Assembly: GCF_964204865.1 (NCBI RefSeq) | Contig: NC_135257.1 | Coordinates: forward strand, 7,316,001-7,380,000 | Source: Styela clava | Taxonomy: Eukaryota | DNA: 64,000 bases | Direction of reading: 5' to 3' | Shown here: positions 54,414 to 64,000 of the stretch, in pieces | Position numbering within the stretch: the first letter of the stretch is position 1 | Layout of the letters: each line of letters begins with the position of its first letter | Program-made: the position numbers and the translations under genes | The notes under the pieces: generated by a model | The model's input: the letters and a program-made list of their open reading frames with translations, nothing else | Told to the model about the DNA's origin: nothing | Database searches by the model: none

Positions 54414-54681
54414 CAATGTTCCCTCTAATTTTTTGTAGTATGTGTGCGCAGAATCTTTGGTGTGTGCGCACTTTTTTGAAAATGACTAATATTTGTGCAA
54501 AAACCAATGAAGAAATTTTGGCGTTCTAACCGGGTAATGGGTGGGCCAACAACAAACTTTCTCAACCTGCCGACCGAGCACATTGTTACATTACATCGAA
54601 ATACGTCTGTGCGCAGTAAATCTATGCGTGTGCACAGCCTCTGAAAGCTGTGTGCACGCGCACACCTTAGAGGGAACACTG
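54414..54681. mobile_element. hAT MITE inserted at the end of the previous element
   Basis: TIR CAATGTTCCCTCTAA / TTAGAGGGAACACTG. Perfect 8-bp TSD GCTATAAG (54406-54413, 54682-54689). TGTGCGCA subterminal repeats. Confidence 0.9.
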
Positions 54682-55335
54682 GCTATAAGGCATAGATTGA
54701 TGACTTGTTGGATCAAAATTTCAGAAGAAACCATACACGTGCCTCGTGCAGTCAAGTTCCAATCAGACCAAGGCGTGTAGTGAAGTCAAAGGGGGGATAT
54801 ATCGAAAAATAACAATGAATTCTGTTATTTATCTTTATAATGCTATTTTCCGCGAAATATTTTTTTTTTCTCTTCTACATTTATACTGTAAATATTTCAA
54901 TAAACATTTCCACACTTGGTCTGATCTCCCTGTATAAGCGATGGAAATTTTAGATCATGCTGTATATACATCATGCTGAATTTGTATTACAACAACTTTG
55001 GGTCTCGATTAGTCCGAACGTATATATACTGCCATTGGGTAACGCACAATAGTTTATTAGCATTTAGCTCATTTGTATCATATAATTAAAATGATAAAGA
55101 TTATGTGCTTATCGGAACCTTTATCTTATCTTTATTTAATAAATATGGATTTATATCCAATATTTTCTTTTCTTGAATGCAGTGATATATGTAATCCTCT
55201 CGAACAATTGGAATCTAGAAAACATGTGAATGTAACGTGAGAATCGGGCACAGCACTGGTTGACAGCTCTGACAAGTACAATACGGTTATGCTTGAAAAA
55301 ACTGACTATTTTAAGGGAAACTTGGCACAAGTCTA

Positions 55336-58300
55336 TTATTCACAATGGGAATGTTTTTCCAGACTTGCCAATATTGAATAAAAGGATAGATTATGGCGGT
55401 GTATAGTATACTCAAAAATACAAACTTGAGCTCTTTTAGAATCCCGCACCAATACTGTATTTTTCTTGAAGTCTTTGTCTGAACACACTAAAAATGTATT
55501 GTTGAATACCGTGTTGACGTTGGGCACTGAAAATAAAACTTTGTTGTGATGATGCAGACATAAATAATGATTCGTACACAAAAACATGCAGTTATACACA
55601 CGGAAATTATCGTTGAGTGCCACTGATAAAAGTTAAACCATGCAAAGTTTTCCTGCGGCGTGTGATGAAGTATAGCATGTTGTAATTCAATTCGATACTA
55701 GTTTTTCTTAATCAAATTTTTAAAACGAAGTTTACATGGGACATCCTGGAAATCAAAATAATTTAAGCTAAACTAGTTATTTCGTTATACAAAATTTAAA
55801 CGTTACCTGGTCTTCCCCCACATCTGATGATCAAATCAGACATCGTTTCTTGTTTTGCGCCAACTTTCTTATCACGTAACGCTTCAGACACAAGAATGTT
55901 TTGAGCTTTGAAAACACTACAATAAAACAGTCTTACTTTATTCGCTGATTACGTCTAGTTCATTTAATGGGTGCGTAATGCAAAATTTAAATATATAACT
56001 CATTTTTTGTATTATTGCATATAAACTTTGTGTGATACCCATGTATCAAATCACAACTCTGTTTAGCTGTTTGCTAAGACTCTTGCATCACTCTCTTGGA
56101 ACTTTACAGTCAACTATCATTATGCAATTTACAAGTGAACCATTTCACATTACATATATATTCATATGGGCCCCTACAATGAAATGAACAACAACCTTGG
56201 AGGAAACCAATTAGAGATTGTTTTTAATATAATTGAGTTGAAGCGTTAATTAATAGAGGTGAATGCATAACTGACAAATTAGTTTCAACACGATATGCTG
56301 TCAGCCAACCTATTTACCTCGTAGTTTGAAACGTTTTCTTCTCCTTCTTGGTGCGTTTCACGATCTGAAGGTGAAGAAATTTACTCCGTTTATTTAGGTA
56401 TTAAATTCACTAGATGTTTACCAAACAAATTTAGGAGATTACTCACAAAAAAAACGAGACTAACATGTTGTGGAATAGTAATTCTAAAATTTTCTAACAT
56501 ATAGCATTCAATAATCAACCCACCTTTTCATATTGTCTAAGCTTCTTTTCAATTCCAGGAGGCAAATATGGCTGTTTAATTCTTGGATCAAAAACCCCTT
56601 TGGCTGTTGGCATTTCTGTAGCTATGGAGGATTGCATTGCAAAAAGTCTACCAAGACTTTCTTCTCTGTAAGTAGAAATAAGCAAACTATTTTCCATTGA
56701 AAATTTTCTAATTTTTGCCGACTTGAAACTTGAATGTCAGAAACATCCAATGAATAGAAATTGATCTTCAAGGAAAATATAGCCTAGTTTCGTATTGATA
56801 CCTCGTTAATTCAAAAGATAGCAGTCGTTTGCGATTGAGTTTATAAAGTTATTCCAAATAGCAACTCAATGATTTGAGTGATGTTTAGTATCAGATATAC
56901 AGCTCTAAATTAAAATCGGTCCACTCGACTCAAGTTAATCTGGTGAATAATTTGTATTGCTTACGCAAACATTTATCACTAAAACCCAAGATCTTACAAT
57001 CTTTATAAACGTACGTTTTAATAGTTTTTCCAAAATTAAGTTTCTTTATCCAGCCATCAGCATCATCGTTGAGTTGTTTTGCATATTTACTGCGATCTCC
57101 TAGAATAATCGTATATTGTTTTTTAATTTCATTGATTTCTAAAATTGCATCTTGGATTGCCTTCCCATGTCCTTTCATATCTTCATTGCTATATGAAAAT
57201 AAAGTTGAATTTTTTGATGTACTGGTTAATTTCACTCTACATCAGTGCTCTTCAACAGGGGTTCCGCGGAACCCTAGGGTTGCTATGCAGTGGGGTTCCG
57301 TGAGTTTATAGGGTTCCTCAGGGGTTCCGCGTTTTTTTTTTTCAGGGGAAATCATTTCTTGCTTCAGCATGTTGATGCGTCATTATAAATATACTTAGAC
57401 CACCGTGTCTCATTCAAACTCCCAAGTAGGCCAATTCGTTAAACAGGAGGTTTAGTCACAGTGCAGTTAATGGACAAAACAGAAATATTTTCGGTTACGG
57501 ACAGTGCAGTTAATAGACAAAACAGAAATATTTTCGGTTGTTGCGTCACTTTAGTCATTGTTATGCAACAAACAAGAACGATATTGTTGCCCATAGTTAC
57601 ATGATGTACAAAGTATGTAGATATTGATTGGGTTTCTACAAGACCAACTACTTTTTCCATTTTCTATGCTTTTGCGTCGGTGGATCCGTATGCATAGAAT
57701 GCAAAGATGCTGTAGCAAGAGTGGAGATAACTATCCTGAGTAATTCGATAAATAGCCTTGCTGGTTGCTGCACACTACTAACCCAAATATATTTCTGTAA
57801 CGTTTCGTCTGACCAAGGTCAAACTTCCTCAGACATGCTTATTTTAACTAAAGCAAGAATAGCAATTGTATAATTTACCATTCTTGCTTTAGAAATATGT
57901 ATGTCTGAGGAAGTTTGACCTTTGCTCAGACTAAACGGAACCGGAATATATATGTGTTAGTGTGCAGCGAGACTCTTTATTGAATTACTCAGGATATGTA
58001 GATATTGCTCGAGACAAGAGAGAGTATATACTACAAAATAGAGTTGTTGTTCAGCTTTTCGTGTTACGAGTATTTCGTGTTTTTTTTTTATTCTGTTAAT
58101 TGGGGTCCCATAAAAAACGAAAAATTATATCAGGGGTTCCACAATAACAAAAAGGTTGAAGAGCACTGCTCTACATATAATCGGAATTGTAAACTTAACA
58201 GTTATATAAAAAAATCTCATATAGGATTTTTAACATAAGTACAAAATGCTGTATATATATACACACAGCATAACCAGTCGGCAGCCAATTGGATAGGCCG

Positions 58301-61300
58301 ATTATGGAGCAAAATATTCAATATTTTAACGCAACATTCGTTATCTAAAATATGATTTTAGGCGAACATAGAGATATAGCCTATAGTGCCCTAGTTGATT
58401 TAGACTAGAGTACACAAGTATTGCCAAATTGCTACAAGCCCAACTTACATAATATAATATTCAGCGTTATTTATTCCGATCATGCACATTTTTCTGTATT
58501 TTTCTTCAGCAATACAAACGAGAGAAGTCTGAGCTTCTATCCAATTGACGTTAACTGTTTTTTGAAAAATTGTGAACGACGATATTTCGTCCATGATACT
58601 TGCTTCGTGACCTGAAATTTAATACAATTTACAATATACAATACAATGTACAATATTATAATTTTACAATATTTCTTTCCGATGTCGGCAATACTAATAT
58701 TTTTCATGTAGAATTATCGAAATTTGACTATATGGTTATATTTTGGCCCTCCCTTTTAAAAGCCTACTACTACAGCAAAACCATCGTAAAACTATAAATC
58801 GATATCAGATTTTAAAATTATATTGCTTATCGTTGGTTCAGACCAGATTAGTTTTTTTATTTCCAACAGACTGTTCGTTCAGTCTATTGTCTTCTATGTT
58901 AAATCAGTAATATGTTTTTACCCTTTCTCTCTCCCGTTTTTTCGTTTTTGCATTCGCTCAAAGTTTTTGTGCATAGGATCACAAAATCATCTATATTCTG
59001 TTTATTCATCTTGTCGTCAAGATAACTGACTTTTATATCGACAATATGCTGCTCATCCAACTCCTGTGTAGAAAAACAGATAGATATTCATTCTAAAAAA
59101 GGATTACATTACCCCAAATTGTTTACTTTTCACGTTGCTTTATAACGTTGGAAACATTTAGTTTAGACCAAACAACATAGCCTACCTCCAATTCGTTCTG
59201 AGGCAACACGAGTGTAAATGGAATATGCTTCTTGGTATCTTCTGGCATTGCATGTATGAAGTACTTCAGCATCCTTCCAGAGGATTCCTGTAAATGTATA
59301 TTATATATTCATAATATATTTGTTTTTATAATATATTGTATTCAATATGGCCAATCCGGTGTTCAAAACAAAAACCCAATGATGTTAATGGATCAATACT
59401 GTGTTTCAGATCTTACCACCTAATCAAATTAATACGATTCCACAAAAATTCCAAAATGTTAATCCAGTCACACACAAAAACATAATCGCTGGACAATGAA
59501 TTAGCACATGTCAAACTGGAAACAAGAGTTTACTTGAATGAATAGTCTAATGATTTATTCGCTGATGACTACACAAATTTTCATATACATTTTCTAGTTT
59601 TCGCAAAATAATATTTATATATGCACTCATCATGTGGACATGCATTCATGATGCAGTAAAATGGCAAAGGAAAGAGCCAAATATTTGCCACATAATGCAA
59701 TTTTTTGAATTTGACAGAACATCTCATTGTAGTTCTCATTGTGATTCGGTCATATGTGACTGATGTTGAATCGTTGGCGCAAAAACGTCAAAACCTTTGT
59801 AATTCAATAACACAAGGAAAATAATCCTATCACAATTACCAGTAAATGTTTTCCAGAAATGTGATTCTCATCGAAACTAACTCCTTTCAAGCAGTTCATG
59901 TCGATACTGACATCGGTAACTCGAGTTGTTTCCCTGGAAACATTGTACAAAGTTTGTGTTCTATTTTTTATTGTTATCGGTATTGAACAAGTACATTATA
60001 CCCTTCCCAAAAACAAACAAAAGTCTACGCGTCTATGGTTACGAAGCGAGTTCGTAGATACCTGTTTATGCAAATCAGAAAAGATAGCAAATATTATTGA
60101 CATGATTGTGTATAATTGCTTTTATATGTACCTAAGAAATACAGGTATTAGCATGTCAGCCTCAAATTCCTCTTCTTCGTTCAACCAATAAAACGCATCA
60201 CTTCCGAGATGTCCTGCAATCTGAAATATAAAAAACAATTCCGTCGAAAACGAAAGGCTAGTATTTCAAAATCAAAGAGTTGATATTGTAAAAAAAAAAT
60301 CAACCCAGATTTTAAAATATCTCGTAATTTACTCGAAATTAGATCAATGTACACCTATATGCTAAGAAAAAAATGAACGTGTATGTTGCTATCTATTGCC
60401 AGTGGCGCATCTACGTAAAAAGGCGCCCATGTCAGAGTTTGAAAATGCGCCCCATTGTTGTCGGATTGAGATATTTGTACGTTAAAATTTACGTAAAAAT
60501 AGGAGTTTCAATTATTTCCATTCGGAAATTATTTTATTGAAATATTTCATTATTAAAACATTTCGCCCTTTTTGCGTTTCAATCCAAACGGCTGCTATAA
60601 CCTAGATAGAACACTGTCTATAACAGCCAAATCTGACGACTTGAAAGAAGATGAAAATCGAGTAGGGGGCTTTTGTTAAAAGTTTCATAGCTGGCTATTG
60701 ATTTAAATAATTGATGTAGCTTCGGCCATATTCTGTCAATGAATGATTTATATTATATCAGTGGACCGTAGCAAATTGTTTTGGCTAATTGGACTATTAT
60801 CAAAACCATTAGCACTCCTAGTTCCTATTAAAATCTGGATAGAACTTTTGCAACGTATCAGTTTACCTCGTTCAGCAACACTGGTGCGTATTGACCGATT
60901 GTAAATGCGGAAATCGGTACACAGCTAGTTTTATTCATTGTCTTCTGATAATTTCTGTATTTGATGACAAGTTGCTCCGGATCTGTTTCACCCAAATTGG
61001 CCATTCCGTCCGTGAATACAATCATCAAATCTCGATCATGCTTTCCAGAATCCCTAGATAATAAGGTACGTTACAAAAACGTAAGAAAACGAAACTGTAA
61101 ATTTGTTTTATGGAAGCTCACTGTTTAAGCACATGTAATCCTGTCATCAATCCAATTTCAAGATTAGTTTGACCTCTTGTATGAAGACTTCTAATAACAT
61201 CTTTTGCTTTAGTCTGAAAATATATATATACAGATATACGTACAAACATAGATGGTATGGCCCAATATTATTTCATTGTGTTTACTGTTGAATAATGGTC

Positions 61301-63325
61301 GTAACAAATTTGTTAAAAATACTATACGAAATCGACCAGAAACCCAGACAATACATTGTACCCAAGCCTAGATTTGGTTTAATGCCAATTTTATAAGAAC
61401 ACAATCTTTTCTGTAATCGCTTTTACACAAACAGAAGCTCACCCAGAAAGCAAAAGTTATTCATACTCAGATACGTACCCGGCCTGTACACAAGACCAGG
61501 TAAAGAAACTAAACTTTGTGTAAACATAATATCGCAATATATAAATTGTTTATATAGCGGACCGATTCAATTATTTTAAAATACTCTGAATAATAACCAA
61601 CCTTAGCGGCATTGTTCATCACAGTCATCTTCATATCTGTATTGACATCATGAGAAAACGTAACTATGGCGAGTGAATCTTCATTAGCGATGTTTTGAAC
61701 GACCAGTTCCGCGAATATCTAAAAATAAATCATAATAAAATATTAGATTTTCTCCATGCGTTTGGCTGTTATTCAAAACGTTGCCATTTTTTAGTAGTAT
61801 AGTAGGTCGGGGTAGTTCGGACACCCGGGGTATGATGGTCAGTCAAAATAAAATCCTCCTACTAGCGACACCTCGCGCTTTTTCGTCGCTCAAAACGCAT
61901 CGCGTGAAAGAGCGACATCATGCGAACAACGACAGAACCAAGATTTTACATTCCAGGCTCGACAACTTACAAGGCGGTGCTTTTTGGGGAAAGTGTGTTT
62001 TTGTTGGGTCAGAAAAACGTCAAATTATAGAGTCCCATGGTGGCGAAGAATAATTTTAGCCGGAAAAGTCTGCGAACTCGGTTCTATTTTGTTTATTTGT
62101 TGAAAGTAGTTGCATTAGATCGAATAAATTCTTTAGCAGACTGCCAGTACTCATATTTGGATTGGCAGGGTCACTTAAGAGGTAGGGTGGATTTTGAGTG
62201 GGGGAGGGGGGAGGATTTTTTTCAATATAGTCTGTTGGGAATGTCAATGGCCCGTCGTCATCGAAACTTATAAATAATTATTTTTTGGGAATTAGTTCCC
62301 TTTTACAACAAAGATCAAAAGCACACTCATCGCCATATTTATATTGGGTCTCTTAGAAGTTAAGCCCGGCGTAAAATTTCATCTTACCCCGTCAAATTAT
62401 TTTTTTCATATGCGTATAAAATACGCCCAAGGTTATGCCAAGAAATTACAAAATAAATACTTCTAGAGGTAGTCCGTGTAAAGAAGATATAAAAATTGCG
62501 GTTGAAAAAGCGCAAACTAAATTTTAAATTTCTAGTTTTCCTAAATCTGTTCAAGCTCTTTCGAAAATTGCCCTGTTATGTCCTTTATGGGGTAAGACGG
62601 ACATACTTTTTAATATGCAAGAAAAGTGATCTGTTTAAAAAAAATTTAAGAGACATAATCCTGGGCCATCTAGGCGTTGACCGAAGTCTTATGACCGAAA
62701 TATTAGACACCATCAAGTTAATTTTGGTGTGTGTCCGTCTTTCCCACAAAGTGTCTAACTTACCCCGATATTTTTTTAGCTGAAAATCGGGCGTAAATTC
62801 CGATTCGTTGCTATGGCAACAATGTGCAAATGTGGCAAGATAGCTGGAGGGTGGGTGCATGAATCAATCGTAGAACGAATGCAGCTGCGACATTATTTGA
62901 AGAGTTATTCAAAATAACTTATTAGTGGGTCCGACTTCCCCCGACCTACTATATAGTATGACCTTGACTCTGTCAAGTAAAGATTCCGATTCTTTGCCTA
63001 CGAGACTGTCCATGCTGCCACTCACGTCAATTACAAGGACGTAACGTAAAGGTAGCCGGCGTTGAAGTTTTGTTTCAATAGCCGATAATTCCATCACGAC
63101 TTCAACGATCTAAAATGTTTAAATTCAAAAATTAATTACGTCTAACGTTATGTATCGTCAGCAACCAATGCACTATACTCCCAGTCTCAGGTACGAGGAC
63201 AAGATACATTTTACTTCAATGCTTACCTGCTTTTGAGTAACTTGACAAAAATATTTGGTTTGAAGTTGATCTTTGCTTTTGGTGGTCGAGACTGCCGTAG
63301 CACCAACTGCTTGTGTTTTCGACAT
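55336..63325 (-). CDS. Intracellular von Willebrand factor A domain protein (MIDAS) with Vwaint-like C-terminal region, ~660 aa
   Basis: Phase-compatible GT-AG exons (minus): 63227-63325, 62963-63109, 61602-61718, 61122-61213, 60867-61053, 60132-60220, 59840-59933, 59186-59287, 58922-59063, 58449-58611, 57015-57188, 56524-56665, 56318-56364, 55807-55916, then a final exon starting at 55622 (stop at 55336 if unspliced; 3' end uncertain). An in-frame TAA lies upstream of ATG 63325. VWA motifs: YVLVIDVSGSM (DxSxS), SLAIVTFS, GQTNLEIGL, MIVFTDGMAN, PISAFTIG. No signal peptide. Confidence 0.85.
57732..57996. repeat. ~265-bp imperfect inverted repeat (foldback) inside the hAT element
   Basis: TATCCTGAGTAATTC..GCTGCACACTA..GGTCAAACTTCCTCAGACAT..CTAAAGCAAGAAT is mirrored by ATTCTTGCTTTAG..ATGTCTGAGGAAGTTTGACC..TAGTGTGCAGC..GAATTACTCAGGATA. 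Confidence 0.9.
57790..57840 (-). ncRNA. Candidate minimal type I hammerhead ribozyme (Penelope-like element type)
   Basis: Minus strand: UGU-CUGAGGA-A-GUUUGAC(CUUG)GUCAGAC-GAAAC-GUU-ACA. Both conserved core boxes are present, with a 7-bp stem II closed by a CUUG loop, palindromic AACGUU at stem III and a short stem I (UGU/ACA). Confidence 0.65.
61800..62951. mobile_element. Non-autonomous pogo/Tc1-type element (1.15 kb) filling most of vWA coding intron 2
   Basis: TIR TAGTAGGTCGGGG.AGT.CGGAC.C / inverse ...GTCCGACTTCCCCCGACCTACTA, flanked by TA. Internal GGGGTAAGACGGACA-type repeats at ~61827, 62589 and (inverted) 62752. Confidence 0.8.
62807..62820. promoter_or_regulatory. Consensus RFX X-box motif inside the transposon
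   Basis: GTTGCTATGGCAAC is a near-perfect palindrome matching the canonical X-box. Function is untested. Confidence 0.4.
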
Positions 63326-64000
63326 TTTAATGTTAGCTTTTAATTTATCACACTCCAATAATTACGATCTACATTATGGAGAACAAAAAAAAACAGCCTT
63401 TTATCGATTCAATCATCTTAAAGTAATAAAAATGCAATGTCGATTTAGCCATTAGTTAAGAGAAAAGCCATTTTCTCCAAAACAACAATAAAAACCTCAG
63501 CGATAACAATTTGGCAAAACTATCCATCGCCCATTTCGTGCCCAAAAATGCATCATCATTAATGTTAGACCTACATGGACGAAAGTACTGAAGGGAAACA
63601 TTTTAACATGATGAGCAAAGCAATTCTGTTTTTGCCTTCTGAGGCCTTCTGCTTTTGCGTGGTCACTCTACAGTAATCACCAAATCTATACAACTCTTGC
63701 ATAGGAAATGACCAAGTGCGCAATTTGATACTAGGGAAATCTACAATTGCTATTTCCTGAATCCCCAGTGTGAAACTATTGCTTTGCAAAACTTAAATCT
63801 GCAAATCAATTTCTTAATGTACAGTACAGCAATGGATTTTTTCATCCATTTTACCCACTTTGAGTCATATATGCAAAATAATCACTAAACTGCCCTTTAC
63901 AGCTCTTTTGAGGAAGAAATTGTACGACTACTTAAAACATTGGATGTATTTCAATGGCTTCAGTATCATTCGACTAAGTAATTACCGATTATAGGCTTAA

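Larger units (their letters stand above)
57243..58168. mobile_element. hAT (Buster/Charlie-type) non-autonomous element, 926 bp, in a vWA gene intron
   Basis: TIR CAGTGCTCTTCAAC / GTTGAAGAGCACTG. Perfect 8-bp TSD CTCTACAT (57235-57242, 58169-58176). GGGGTTCC subterminal repeats and an internal 39-bp direct repeat (57458, 57501). Confidence 0.92.

Noticed and set aside
60401-60455. hAT-like left end CAGTGGCGCATCTAC...GGCGCCC
   Set aside because: No matching right TIR or TSD was found; at most a fragment.
2424-63325. Operon (polycistronic) interpretation of four co-oriented genes
   Set aside because: Intergenic gaps are 4-10 kb and filled with transposons, whereas tunicate operons have very short or no spacers.

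Overview
AT-rich eukaryotic (animal) genomic DNA with spliceosomal GT-AG introns. It is most plausibly an ascidian/tunicate; this is an inference from the chordate-like exon structure, unpaired splice acceptors just 5' of the start codons, mosaic CpG depletion and the repeat types. Four intron-containing genes could be reconstructed by hand, all on the minus strand: TRAF4 (9 coding exons, 2424-28708, 473 aa), GDPD1/GDE4-like lysophospholipase D (8 exons, 34134-38066, 323 aa), SPEF1/CLAMP (5 exons, 42122-45296, 234 aa), and an intracellular von Willebrand A (MIDAS) protein with a Vwaint-like C-terminal segment (about 15 exons, ~55336-63325, 3' end uncertain). The 26 kb TRAF4 locus is almost free of recognisable young repeats. 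The 30-63 kb half is dense in non-autonomous elements: hAT, Tc1/pogo and MULE-like MITEs, tRNA-derived SINEs, a solo LTR and nested Helentron-type (DINE-1/HINE-like) elements. The most unusual item is a ~265-bp foldback inside a hAT MITE in an intron of the vWA gene. Each arm carries a Penelope-type minimal hammerhead ribozyme motif; one core is intact and lies on the pre-mRNA strand. Most ORFs in the supplied track are spurious or are exon fragments. All coordinates were read by eye and no database searches were run.
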